Shown piece by piece: positions 12,245 to 25,479 of a DNA stretch of 64,000 nucleotides. The stretch comes from Octopus sinensis (Eukaryota). The notes under the pieces were generated by a model that saw only the letters and a program-made list of their open reading frames with translations, made no database searches and was not told the origin of the DNA. Both the position numbers and the translations under genes were made by a program. The stretch is taken from positions 116,002,001 through 116,066,000 of the forward strand of contig NC_043000.1 in the NCBI RefSeq assembly GCF_006345805.1, in the 5' to 3' direction. Each line of letters starts with the position of its first letter. The stretch's first letter is position 1.

Positions 12245-12946
12245 AGTGAAAATATGTGGAAAACAAAAAAGAGGAAGAAAAATGCCTTCGTTTCACATAG
12301 TTTTAATATCTTTTTATAAAAATTATAAATACATATTTCATGGATTTTAAGTCTCATAAGATGTAGTGATATCCAACCGGTTTTTGCTATTTAAATTAGC
12401 TTTTCAAGGGACATTGCGAAGTAATAATTCCTCAAGACAAGGAATCACGCCATTTTGGATTTCTGGAGAAGTAAAAATGAATGGAGAGAGTGGATAAAGG
12501 GAGGCAACAGGTGGCAAGGGGGAGGGGGAACTACCTCCTCAGCATTATTGAATAGTGGTAAATAAATTTGAATTTGAAGTAGGAATGTATGGGGATAAGG
12601 TGGTCAAGTTTATATATTACGGTGTGGTCTGTTTTCCTTGTTTACGCGTTCTTGTAAGGAGATTCAATCTTTGCGTTGGTATCATGGAAAAATATGGACA
12701 TAAGGAAACTTCTCGAGAAATCCAAAATGGCGTGATTCCTTGTTTCAAGGAATTATTACTTCACAATTTCCTTTGAAAAGCTAATTTAAATAGCAACAAC
12801 CGGTTGGATATAACTACATTTTATGAGACTTTTACCATCGATAAAATATGTATATATATATTTTTATAAAAAAATATTAAAACTATGTGAATTGATTGCA
12901 TTTCTCTTCCCTTTTTTTTAATATATGTTTTCAACATATTTTCACT
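12245..12946. mobile_element. Fold-back element, ~230-bp inverted arms
   Basis: 12245-12472 pairs with 12708-12946, for example GGAATCACGCCATTTTGGATTTCT / AGAAATCCAAAATGGCGTGATTCC. Confidence 0.9.
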
Positions 12947-12998
12947 TCATAATTTTGCCCCGTGGGGTATACTGATTCTCCAGCAGTCTTGCTCCTCT

Positions 12999-13036
<38 letters not shown>

Positions 13037-13151
13037 ATATATATATACTAAATACGCGCACACACATATACACTACACTCAGTTAAACAAATAAGAAATA
13101 CACCGAGTTGCATGTTATATAGAAAATGAAGAATTAAATGGCTTACTGCTG

Positions 13152-13184
13152 TTTGACGTTTCGAGCATAGCTCTTCGTCGGAAA
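13152..13184 (-). ncRNA. Minimal HHR-like motif, U4C variant
   Basis: Minus strand: UUU CCGACGA A GAGC UAU GCUC GAAAC GUC AAA. Confidence 0.6.
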
Positions 13185-13427
13185 GGAGGAAGGGAAAAGT
13201 AAAACGGGATGGAAAAGAAATCGACAACAGCACGCCTTTAGTTGCCGTTCGGTATCTAGATATGTCTAGGTTTCTTTCAAATCAATATCAAAATACATGT
13301 ATGAAGTTTTTACAAACACGAAATATATATTATTTTTGGTGAAATCCTCCCTCTTTAGCGTGACTAGAATATTATATCATGATTATTATATAGTCAAGAT
13401 AAACAAATACCTATATAAATTTATGTT

Positions 13428-13465
<38 letters not shown>

Positions 13466-13486
13466 TATATGTAATATATATATATA

Positions 13487-13543
<57 letters not shown>

Positions 13544-13701
13544 ATTTGTATACATATATATTTGTATATATATACATATATATATATAAAAGTAAAAATA
13601 CCAATTGCTGTTTCCTCATAAATGTTTTCATATAAGACTTTTACTGTTAAAATATTAGTCTGTTTTCACAAACTGACTTTTACACACACAGGAGGGAGGA
13701 G

Positions 13702-13752
<51 letters not shown>

Positions 13753-14571
13753 TGAGAGAGAGAGAGAGGAAGAGGGAGACATAGGTGGGAGAAAGACTGA
13801 AAGAGGGAAAGAAAGAAAAATCACATAGTACTGAAAAGGTTTCGTATAAAAAATATTCTAAAACATGTTTCGCTGAATATATTTTATGTAAACATGGTAA
13901 TTATGTCCACAAAATAATTATGACTTAATGTTTTTGTCTCGTTAAGGAGATTGTAATAGATTGTAATATGACCAAAAAAAAAAACCCCAACAAAAAACAA
14001 AATGTGTAATTGAGCTAGAGCAGCTGTTAAATTAAAGTGAACGGAGGGCTTAGACAATAACATACTGATCTAACTAAAAAACTGGGAGAGAATAAATCAG
14101 TCACTGAAATGAGAAATGTCAAAGGCAAGAAGTTAGAATGATGTTGTTTGAATAGTTTCCAGTTGGGGGTCACAATTTCACTTCTAATATAGAGATACAA
14201 TTTATGCTGGGGAAAATGGTGACTCCATCTGAACTTTTCAATGTTTTGTAAGAAATAATGCAATATTTTTTGTAAATCTATTACTCTTATTTTAATTAAT
14301 TGTTTTAATTATCGTTATACACGTGGGTAGTACTGGTGAACACATGTCCCATTGAATTACCGCTATCAATCTTCATTATCGAAGGATATTAGCTCTTTAA
14401 TGAATGGATGAATCCGACAATCAAATTAATTTCGAAATCTTCCATATTTAATGTACAGGACAGGAAATCGATTAGACCCATCGGTCCTCGCCAATAATAC
14501 CGTTCGATTAGCGGAGCGATAAAAATTGCTATAAGTTTAATGTATGTTTAGATCACTCTCTCTCACACACA

Positions 14572-14626
<55 letters not shown>

Positions 14627-15889
14627 CATATATACACAAACAAACATACATACATACACGCTATGCTGGACCGCTTTTTTCATTCTCTCTGTTTATTTCC
14701 TCTTATTTCCTCGTGGTGTGTGTGTATTGTGATATACCATTTGAAAGCAAACAATTCTTGTTGAATTTAATTAGTCACGAATCATAAGCGCATATAAGCG
14801 TGTAGGTACTTTCGATTCCGAAAAGAACAGCTCCTTAAGTTATAACATTTTTACTTGTCGAATAATCGATGGTGTTATTGGAGAAATAGGTCTAATCAAT
14901 TTATTGTCATCAATACATCGACATTAACCTCTGACCACCATACTTCTTTTTCGAGGTAATCTATCTATTGATTGTTCTCACTTCTCCATATGTATGCGAT
15001 CCATTTCGTCACTAAAACCTCATTGTTCTGCATCTGAACTTGGATATACGAATATGATTTACGACGGTTAAGAATTACTTCATGGTTATTCGAATCAAAA
15101 ACAGTCTTAAAACTTATCTTTAATTGGTTTTGGTGATAATTACGAAAGAAGGAAGATCATGTCGTAAATACGTAGTGCAGGAATATACAAAATATATTCA
15201 GACAATTGAAGCGTATACTAACATCTAGTATAGGTCTCTGCTGGTAACGCTTAGAATCGAACTAGAAAGTTTTATGACAGTTGCTTCTAAGGGAACCTTT
15301 ATGGATGTATTGCCTGATGACGCGATTACCACGACCCTCCCAGGAACAGTGAATGGAGAAAAGAGATGGATGGATGGATGGATGAAAAGAGATGGATGGA
15401 TGTAGCATTAAATATGTAGAACCTCATGTTTTCATAATAATATTATATCAAGCCTCTTTATGCAAATTATTACAATTGCATTTGTTAAATATTTTTTAAC
15501 GATATTTTCACCAAATAAGGCTTGATAAAACTGTTGCGTAAGAAATCTAAAGAAAGAAAGGAAGGGGCCTATAAATTTTGATTTACAGAATGCGTAATGG
15601 ACTAGATATGGGTGACCATGGAAAATAAGACTAAGGTTGTGAGTCTCAGAGAGCAGCAGTTCGAAAAACAGAAGATAGAATAAAAGGATTTATGATTAAC
15701 AAGAATCTCAATAAGGAAACCAATGCGCATGGGTAAAGAAACGAGTGCCACGTATAAGGCCCTTGACAAAGGGTGACAGAGGAGAAAGTTCATCAGAACA
15801 ATTACCATTGAAATACTTATAGAAAAGACTCAAGGAAAATATATTTCGACGATTAGGCCCCAACATAGAAAGTGGAAAGTATACTTCAG

Positions 15890-16190
15890 TCAATCACAAT
15901 ATCTGGCCTTGGGTTGCCATAGGTACAGAAGCAGAGTAACTTAACGCCTTCTCGTATCTTTCCTGACCACCCCTCCTTCCTGTTTTAACCGATTTTATCC
16001 CGTCCAATTGTTGATATTCTTCATCTACTTACACCGCGCTTTTCCTATTACTCTTTTATGTGAAGTTTGTCCATACAAGACTAAATTCGCGAAAGTTAGA
16101 ATACCATGGCGTCGGGTTGTATGACCAAACCAATTCATTATCTGCATTTTGGCCATTGGAGAGTTGGCAGCAGACATTCCCAACGTTGTC
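15890..16190 (-). mobile_element. RTE-clade LINE 3' fragment
   Basis: Minus strand MNWFGHTTRRHG..NLVLYGQ..KRVIGKARCK*MKNINNWTG resembles the RTE motif FFGH.MR..GK.EGKR.RGR..W.D.I..WTG. Confidence 0.6.
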
Positions 16191-16529
16191 TTTCCTGTCA
16201 TTGTAATTTATTTCATGTTCTGTATATGGCGTCTAAAACATATTTCTATAACATTTTATTTCAAGTCTGATAATCGCTTGATTCTCTCTTACAAAATCTC
16301 ACAAAATCATGATTTGCATCCATCGAGACAGATTATAATTGACACTACATCTCTTAAAATGAATTTTCGTTATGGTTATACATCTCTAAAAACTAATGCT
16401 CGTTATGGTTATAATTTTCGATATTTCTTCACAGATTCTGAAATTTTTACTGCTTACTTTGATCTCAAATATTCTCTTACTTCATTTTTGGATTTGGTTT
16501 GTAAGATTCTTTATGTGAGTTCGTGTGTC

Positions 16530-16590
16530 GAAGCATATTCTGTTGTGTGTTGAAGCATATTCTGTTGTGTGTTGAAGCATATTCTGTTGT
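16530..16590 (+). repeat. 22-bp tandem repeat x~3 inside a dispersed element
   Basis: GAAGCATATTCTGTTGTGTGTT repeated. A single copy with the same upstream flank occurs at about 61743-61803. Confidence 0.85.
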
Positions 16591-16976
16591 TTACTACTTG
16601 TCAAAAATATTTTAATTTATCACCTTGTTTGAGCCTCTCCTTCGCTATTTCAATTAGACTGGGTTTTTTAGTTTGCTTTTTTCCAAAGCATTTATTTCCA
16701 TATCATGTACAGACAGCAATGATATAAATTTCCAAGAAACGATTTCAAACATTAACAATTGAAATTTACACGTTTTTATAAAAGAATCTACTCAACGGAA
16801 TCATTCTCAGACATCTTACTGATGTGTTGAATAACGGGAACTTTTACACGTAATGTCGGTTCGAGTTGGATTTCAGTTCTAAACATCAAAATTCCAACTG
16901 TACAGTATAAAGTATTGTAAAGTAATTAAATTTTTTTACTAATGTGTCATTTAATTCTAAATTATTGATAAGAATA

Positions 16977-17138
16977 GGCGCAGGAATGGCTGTGTGGTAA
17001 GTAGCTTGCTTACCAACCACATAGTTCCGGGTTCAGTCCCACTACGTGGCACCTTGGGCTAGTGCCTTCTACTAAAGCCTCGGGCAGACCAAAGCCTTGA
17101 GGGTGGATTTTGTAGACGGAAACAGAAAGAAGCCCGTC

Positions 17139-17185
<47 letters not shown>

Positions 17186-17400
17186 TGCGTGTGTATATGT
17201 TTGCGTGTGTGTCCCGCCCTGTTATCGCTGGACAACTGATGCTGGTGTGTTTACGTCCCCGTCACTTAGCGGTTCAGCAAAAAGAGACCGATAGAATAAG
17301 TACTAGGCTTACAACGAATAAGTCCTGGGGTAGATTTGCTCTACTAAAGGCCCTGCTCCCGTATGGCCGCAGTCAAAATGACTGAAACAAGTAAAAGAGT
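16977..17400 (+). mobile_element. SINE-B, full length
   Basis: Runs from the GGCGCAGGAATGGCTGTGTGGTAAG head to the GTAAAAGAGT tail. Confidence 0.9.
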
Positions 17401-17406
17401 AATAAT

Positions 17407-17743
17407 AACAATTCTTTCTACTAAAGGCACAAGGCCTGAAATTTTGGGAGTTTTCATCGAGCCAAGTGTTTCATTAGTATTTAATTTATTGACCCTGAAA
17501 AGATAAAAAAGAGGACCTCGGCGGAATTTGAACTCAGAACGTAATGACAGACCAAACACCACTAAAATTTTGCTCAGCGTGCTTAAATATTCTGCCAGCT
17601 CGCCGCCTTGATGATGATAATAATGATAATAATCCTTTCTACTAAGTCGATCTTGGCAGAATTTGAACTCAGAACGTAAAAACGGACGAAATGCTGCTAA
17701 GCATTAGGCCCGGCGTGCTAACGATTCTACCAGCTTACCGCCT
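17407..17743 (-). mobile_element. Two SINE-A copies
   Basis: GGCGGAATTTGAACTCAGAACG and CTGCCAGCTCGCCGCC motifs occur twice. Confidence 0.8.
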
Positions 17744-17797
17744 TATAATGATAATAATAATAATGATGATGATGATAATATCTTCTTCTTCTTCTTC

Positions 17798-17842
<45 letters not shown>

Positions 17843-18779
17843 TCATTAATATTATTATCATTATTATTCTCTTTTTTTCTTCCATTTCTCGCCCAGTCTT
17901 TTTCCAAACACATTCAATGAGCTTCTCTGCCCTAGGTGTACGGAAAACACTCGGCGAGAAATAGAGGAATATTTGAAGAAAGAAGGAAAAGAAAATAATA
18001 ATTGTAATAATAACAATAAAACTAAATTTTATGAATAACAGGACCAACAATAGCGATTTCTCAATATGTCAATATCTCCGTGGTTGGTTCCAATGAAAAG
18101 TCTGAAATTTTAGGCAAACAAATAAAATGAACTGGTTATATGTAAGTATTGAAGCATTTAAAAAACGATATAGATGTGATAAGCCATAATTCATTGTCAA
18201 CACAAGCTACAAAAAAGTATTGATTTCTAATATCGATTTAACGATATACAATTATTTGTGAGGTACATGGTCATTTTCATCGATCTCATTATTTGATTCC
18301 TACGTATTTTTATAGGATGAAGAAGAAACGAAACTTAAATTAGAATCATTGGTAGGGTTTGTAATTTGAACATTATGTGATGTAACGAAAGCGTAGAAAT
18401 TATTTTGTTCATCGAGCCACCGTTTCGATCCCCCGTGTCTTGTATTTTGATAGTTTATGCGGATGCAATTAATTTTGAGGGAAGAGAATAGTAGAATATA
18501 TCGACTTCAGTTCTTGACAGGTACTATATTTTGTTGACCCTGAAAAGATGAAAGGCAGTTACAATATTATTGGTTGGTAACGTTAGTAGGAAATGTTACA
18601 ATATCAAATGGACAAGCAAGTACATAGTCTTCTGAAATAGCAATAATTTGTTATGGACACTAGACAGATGAAATGAATAGCATTTTAAATCGACGAATGA
18701 CAAACACACCATTTCGCAAATACAAAACCGACAATATTATAATACTACATTATAGAAAAATTATACGTTGCAGAAATAT

Positions 18780-19075
18780 ACGTACGTAGTCAGGTGTTTT
18801 CCTTGTGTCCAGGAGGCAGCTTCCCAAGAATCTCCAGTTTTCTCTTTTGTGTTGCACGAATTTAATCAGCCAGGTTTTGTTTCCATCTCGTCTTTCATGT
18901 CGTCAGTCCGTGAACGTGTACGACAGCCTTTTCCTCTCTTCCCTTCTACACTTCCTGTTACGATGGCCTTGAGCAAGGCAACCTGGTGCTTTTTATGTTG
19001 AAATTAGGATAGTCTTGTGGATTTCATTCTCTACAAAGAATGTCTTTGAACTTCTGGCTTTTCTAGGACTACAGC
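18780..19075 (-). mobile_element. RTE-clade LINE 3' end
   Basis: Minus strand LLKAIVTGSVEGKRGKGCRTRSRTDDMK matches the RTE motif G.VEGKRGRGRP..W.DD.K. Confidence 0.7.
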
Positions 19076-19164
19076 GATTGTCGGTCCTTCTTTCGTTTTT
19101 ATCTCCCCCCTCCAATTAGCGAAAGATCCACACCTCAAATGCAACTTCTGTTTCATTATCTTTA

Positions 19165-20050
19165 TCTTTTACTTGTTTCACTCATTTCACCGCGGCCATG
19201 CTGTGGTACCACACTGGAGAATTTTTAGTCGAGTGAATCTGGCACATGTTCCATCGACCCTAGTTTGCCGAACGGCTAGCTTACGGGGGCGTAAACACAC
19301 GAACACCGGTTGTCAGGCGTTGGAGGGGAACAAACACAGAAACAAATACACACAGACACATGTACCGTACATCCTCGAGTATAATCCGTATTTTTTCCCC
19401 AAAATGTAAAGGTCAAAATCCCCAGTGCGTACTTTATACGTGGTTAAAAATGAAAATTATTTTCTAAGCAATGTCCGAGTCTCTATTTGCTGTCCGGCAA
19501 TGTTTATTCAGACGCATTTTCTGATGTCGGGCGCGAAAATACCTTAAGCTAAGCCAGAAAGCAATGAAGTCATAAAAGAATCATCCATAACTTGCAGTAA
19601 GCAACATTTATTAAAGGTTATTACTGTTATTTCTTTATTTTCTGCAAACAAAATGCACAAAAAAAGCTACACGTTTGCATTATGTTATATGTACAATAAT
19701 AATAATAATAAAGGACGTTACCGTATACATTTATACCAACCAAGGACGTTATATAGACCTCCTTGACTCAAGTTAGAGAAGGGGTGCGTATTATACACAA
19801 GGTTTAGGTTTTTCAGGGGTACAGCACCCTAAAAAAAACCTGCGTATTATACTCAAGGGCAGACTATACTCGAGGATTTACGGTAAGTGTACGAGGGCTT
19901 CTTTCAGTTTCCGTCTACCAAATCCACTCCCAAGGCTTAGGTCAGAGTGAGGCTATCGTTGAAGACTCATGCTTAAGATACCACGCAATGGGACTGAACT
20001 CAGAACTATGTGGTTGGGAAGCAAGCTTCTTACCACACAGCTACACCTGT
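19165..20050 (-). mobile_element. SINE-B split by a DNA-transposon insertion
   Basis: 3' half at 19165-19362 and 5' half at about 19886-20050, in the same orientation on either side of the MITE. Confidence 0.7.
19363..19885. mobile_element. Tc1/mariner-superfamily (pogo/Tigger-type) MITE, TA TSD
   Basis: TIRs TA-CCGTACATCCTCGAGTATAATC / GACTATACTCGAGGATTTACGG-TA, subterminal TGCGTATTATAC repeats and no ORF. Confidence 0.8.
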
Positions 20051-20607
20051 CCCTTTGTACGTCATACATTTTTTAACCTTGAAGAGGACAACTGGAATAA
20101 TACAACAGTTTGCTAACGTTAGTCACCGCGTTATGCCTCTTGCGGTGAAGACCTCTATATACTTTTGCGGTGAAGAACCCCATGTACAGTTCTGAAGAAC
20201 TCCGTTACATACAATACGGTGTATTATAGTGTGGTTGGAAAACGAAAACTATAAAAAAGAGGGGGATAAAACACAAAACAAAAGATTTTTAATGTTATAT
20301 CTCAAAGCTACGAAAACAATATTTCATCTATCGTGGTTTCATAAAACCGATACTACTGCAATGGCAGCAGCAGTAGTAGCCACGGCAGCAGCTGCACTAT
20401 ATCAGAAATGAGGGAAATAGAAAAGAGGGAAAAATAGAAAAGAAACAACTACCATTGTAACAACCGACACCGCTTTCCCAACCATCCACCTTATACAACG
20501 GAATTTCAATAAACGGATGGAAACCTTTGCAGAGAACTGAAGAAATATCTGCAAATATAGTACCATTCTATGCATGAGCTGTATAGGTGTACGTGTGTGT
20601 GTATATG

Positions 20608-20654
<47 letters not shown>

Positions 20655-20704
20655 TATATATATGGAATGCTTTTCTGAGTCCATTTGAACATTGACGCAC
20701 TGAA

Positions 20705-20748
<44 letters not shown>

Positions 20749-22605
20749 TTCAATGCATGTATATAGAATATTCATTTATATGTATAAACCTACATACATC
20801 TATACGTGTGTATATATATATATGTGTGTATAATATATATATCTATATCTATCTATATATATATATAATCTATATATATGTGTGTAGGTATGTATATATA
20901 TATATGTGTGTGTGTATGTATGTATATAATATATTTACATATATATATGTGTGTGTATATATATGTGCATATGTATCTATATGTATATATGGTATGTTAT
21001 GTATTTACTCTATAGCATTCATGATTTCGAGGAAATGTGAAAAAGATATCTGTTACTTAATACGCTTTTTGCACATTGGAATTTTTTTATTTTATTAATG
21101 TTGTATTCAAACCAGAAACAAATTGTTTTTCGTGAGTTATAAATTCTAAGATATAATAAAGGAAAACATGAACGGAAAAAAAAAATTGACGTTTTTTTTC
21201 TTTCTTTGTTATATTTTACTCAGCGTCTTGTTTTGAGAAGAGGTTTGCAGCGCGTAAAGTCGATAAGACGTTAAAACACACAGCGTATGGGTTTTCATTC
21301 CGATTCGCGAGTATCAAGATTTTGTGCAGACGAATGTGGCGCCTGTTAACTCAATGGGCCACATAATAACCCTTATGAATCACGCGTAATCGTGTATGGA
21401 TTTGTAGCATAAATCATTCTTTCACTAATTGTTGTAGGAGCTTGTATTTTACTCGGTTCTTTACTAAGAAGGACATCGTAATTCGTTCAATAATCATTAT
21501 AAGTCATTTCTGTTTTCTGTCTTTTGTGTCAGCACTGGGATTCAGTCCCATTTAAGTGTAAATTGCTCTATCCAATAGTGTGACACTGCTCAACTTCAAA
21601 TCTATTTAAGCAATGAATCCGTGAATGGTTAAAAGGTTCGATATGCTGCTGAACAAAAAAAAACCCCAATAACTCATGAAACGCCCACTTCCTACTTCTC
21701 TGTGTTTGGTCGCATCGTGTACGTTGGCATATTCGTATTAGAAATGTCGTACTTTCCATGCTGGCTCTAAATTCTATAGAGAATCTGTAGAGATGTCTTA
21801 AAAGTGACTCTATTAGATGGAGAAACTCTCAGCCCTTTCAGTTTTAACCAGCGCAATATCGAATATGTGACTGCTGGAGGGAGAGAGTACTACGCCATCA
21901 CTTGACTAGTACTGAGTTTCAGGTAGGCAAACTAGAGCAATGGGAAATGATGAGCCTTCCTCAAGGCAGTAACTCGTCACCTTCTCCAGGAATCGAAACA
22001 ATGATGTCACAATCGGTAATCTAATACCTTAATTGCCCGGCCGAGACTGATAATAATAAAATTTAAATATAGATGCAGGAGTGGCTGTGTGGTAAGGAGC
22101 TTGTTTACTGCGCATGCGTTAGTCAGTTACTGCTACACTGGTATTGTCAAGACGTTGTTTCGCAGCGCTCTTGAAGTGAAGAATTTTTAAGGTGCAACTA
22201 GGTAGGCCATTTGTTTTGTGGGGGATTCAGTGGGGGTTTGTTATTTGTGTGTAATTTTTTTCTAACAACAAATCTCTCCTAGATCCTGTCGTAAAGGAAA
22301 AAAGAAAGAAAAAGAAAAACAGGGCATTGCCAGCGGTTGCTAGTACACTGATTTGTTTTGAAATTAAAATCAGTATGTATAAGGTTATGTTTTGTTTTCT
22401 TCACTAACTGGACGGCGCCCATGCTGGAGCACAGTCTTGCAGAGTGTATTGCAATAAATACACCTTAATGTTTATTTTTGTAAGTTTGGTATTTAACCTA
22501 TAAGTCTCCTATGTCGAAACGTGAAGTTACGAGGACACAAACAAACAAACGGTGTTTAAGCTGTCATGGGACCGACACAAACAGAAAGACACACACATAC
22601 GCACG

Positions 22606-22649
<44 letters not shown>

Positions 22650-22999
22650 TGTATGTATGCATGTATGTATATACAACGGGTTTTCAAAGCTTCAGTCTAT
22701 CAAATGCGCTTACAAGGCACCGGTGTGAACCGGGGCTCCCGTAGGAAATAATTACCTAAAGTGTCACGCATTGAGACTGAAACCGAGACCACCCGGCTGC
22801 AAAACAATCTCGTTAATCACACAGCCATGTCTGTTCCTATATGAAAATTATATTTTTATAGTAGGATACAGAGGCAGGGACCAATGTATTGCTCTAGGTT
22901 AATAGCATTGAAAAATGTGGGCTGCTTCTTAGCAAGGAAAGTGTTCTTGTTATTCTTCGGGTAAATAATCATTTCCACAAACCCTGAAATTTGGCAGGA

Positions 23000-23160
23000 A
23001 GGGAGTAGTCGATTATATTGATGCCAGTGTTTCACTGGTACTTAATTTGTCGACCCCGAAAGGATGAAAGACAAAGTTGACCTCGGCTGAATTTGAACTC
23101 AGAACGTAAGGATGGGCGAAATGACGCTAAGCACTTTGTCCAGCGTACTAACGTTTCAGC
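23000..23160 (-). mobile_element. SINE-A
   Basis: GACCCCGAAAGGATGAAAG..GAATTTGAACTCAGAACG. Confidence 0.8.
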
Positions 23161-23192
23161 CAATAATAACAGTTAAAACAATCTAGAGTAAT

Positions 23193-23390
23193 TATTTACA
23201 TTATTTACATTTGACAGATATTTGTCCTCAACTTGTTTGTTGTTGGGTAAATTTCGAAATTGGGTTCCCTAATACACCTTATAAAGGCTGGAGGGTATAT
23301 CACCGAAACGTTGTGTTAACAACAAACAAGATGAGGACCAATATCCGTCGAATGTAAATAATTCCTCATCTCTTAAATATAGAACTGTAT
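23193..23390. mobile_element. HHR-element tail with inverted arm and 13-bp imperfect TSD
   Basis: 23193-23244 is the inverse of 23314-23362. Flanks are AATCTAGAGTAAT / AATCTAGGATAAT, and the HHR core has decayed to CUUAUAA at 23278. Confidence 0.8.
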
Positions 23391-23564
23391 AATCTAGGAT
23401 AATATTTCCGGTTCCGTAAATTACAGACAAATTACTGCAAAGCAAAATTAAAACCGGTTAATGATAAGGGTGAAGCAGTGAGTTGATAAAATCGTAAGTG
23501 CGGCGGACAAAATGCTTAGGAGTATTTTTCGACTCTTTAACGTTCTAAGTTAAAACCTTGCCGA

Positions 23565-23864
23565 GATGAGCTTGACGTTTCATCCCTTTCGGGTCGATAG
23601 AATAATGTACCAGCCAAGTGTTAGGATGAGCTTCACGTTTCACCCCTTTCGGGTCGATAGAATAATGTACCAGCCAAGTGTTAGGATGAGTTTGACGTTT
23701 CACCCCTTTCGGGTCGATAGGATAACGTACCAGACAAGTGTTAGGATGAGTTTGACGTTTCATCCCTCTCGGGTCGATAGGATAACATACCAGCCAAGTG
23801 TTAGGATGAGTTTGACGTTTCATCCCTTTCGGGTCGATAGGATAGCGTACCAGCCAAGTGTTAG
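23565..23864 (+). repeat. 60-bp minisatellite x5 made from the SINE-A central domain
   Basis: Five units of GATGAGTTTGACGTTTCAYCCCTTTCGGGTCGATAGRATAAYGTACCAGCCAAGTGTTAG, sitting within a SINE-A-like head and tail. Confidence 0.95.
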
Positions 23865-25479
23865 GACTAAGTCAAGTGTTAGGACTTAACCCTTCCCCTC
23901 AGAATTGTTGCACTTGAACTCGGCAACGGACTGGTCTTCCGTTCAAGGAAAACATTGATGTTTTGGTAAACTTTGTGTCAAAGTAGCAGGCCTTATGATT
24001 CCTAGGGCTCGACAAGCTAAGATGAAAAAATATTGACAGGCGCCAGCTTCATTTATAAAATAATTATATAATGAGGAAATCAAATTACGTGCGCGATAAA
24101 ATAGGAGAAAAAAGATAGAAACAACACAGCAGGACAATATACACTAATTTGCGGTACATAGATAGTGAAACTAATTATGTTTAAATGTATAAACTTATAA
24201 ACTGTTTCCATTCGTTCTATTGTTGTCATACCGAGCATGGCTACCGTATCATTATCTATTATATATCGACCTCTGAACTTAGAAGGTTCTTATATTAACA
24301 ACTTAACAATTATGCAGTCAAAGTCGATCTGAACGAGAAGCAAAGCTAGAAAATAAAATATTAAAAGCCATAACTGAATGACAGAAAATGGTTTCTCCGG
24401 TTCTATTAATTCCTCCATCCAAGACTGCTCAGCATGTATTTGTATTATTTGAATAGCTTAGATAAAATTATGCTTTAAATCTTTTGTTTAACATCTTTGT
24501 GTGATAGACGGGAATGATAAACAGAGACCTATAGCTCGAAGGATTTATGGTTTAGCAGATAATTCTTATTGATTAGTATTATTTTCCATTAGAGGAATGG
24601 CGCCTTAATGTCGAATACGCTTCTAAATCTAAAACAAACAGAACCTCGGATCTACGACTTTCCGTCCTTCACCTTGTGACCTTCCTCATACATAATAAAT
24701 AAGTAAAGGCACGGATACGCCATACACGTATACACACATAGGCATATATATATAAAGTAATACGCCTGCAAACATGGACACACGTATACGCATGCGCGTG
24801 CATAGGCTTAAAGTCGCTCATATATTCATATCTGTATGGTTCTAAAATGCTAAAATCATTTTGCTAAAACAATGGAAGATGACCTATTTATAGAAATGTA
24901 ACGGAAATAATATAATTAAAGATGAGAATATTTTAGTCAGCATTTAATCTTCAGTTCGATGGCTGAAACAGTGAGATGCAATAATCTTGTCAATCATTTG
25001 ATTGTTTTATTGCTAAATGAGATTATCAGTTCTAATATATTTTTCGTACATGCTTCTCGAGCGTTTGGGAGGTAAATTAAAAGCTGAAAGCCCTTCATAT
25101 GCAAAGAATATCAAGCAAAATCCCCACATTGTAAAATACGCTAACTTACAGCTTCAAAAATATTATTTTCAATTTTCTCTCTCACAAACCTAGTTTAAGC
25201 CACCTTTCTTAAATAAATAAAATGAAATCTGAAAATTCGATGTTATATTTTGCATGAGAGTTATCTGCTTACAAGCCAGAGGCTATCTTTCCCATCTACT
25301 AGAGAACAGATGCACAATCAAACAGCTTTCTATAAGTTAATAATTGAAGCACCACACACAATGATAACTATTACCTTCGCCACAAATGCATTTGCTTTAA
25401 ATCGGCCCAAAGTAACATAGGCGAGCGGCCTTGATACTATAATAGCCTTTGTGCCTTGTATCTCGCTGGCTTCAATAAA

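Noticed and set aside
14800-15340. Unique-looking stretch with faint LINE- or helicase-like peptides on the minus strand
   Set aside because: Stops occur in all frames and the motifs are too weak to assign.
17727-18050. ORF with poly-Arg and poly-His runs
   Set aside because: Translation of a compound (AAT)(GAT)(CTT) trinucleotide microsatellite.
18895-18910. Other CTGANGA matches (also about 8048, 15316 and 20193)
   Set aside because: No compatible stem II-GAAA-NUH-stem I arrangement; these are chance heptamers.
23565-23864. Regularly spaced 60-bp repeats resembling a CRISPR array
   Set aside because: There are no unique spacers and no cas genes, the context is eukaryotic, and the unit is SINE-derived.
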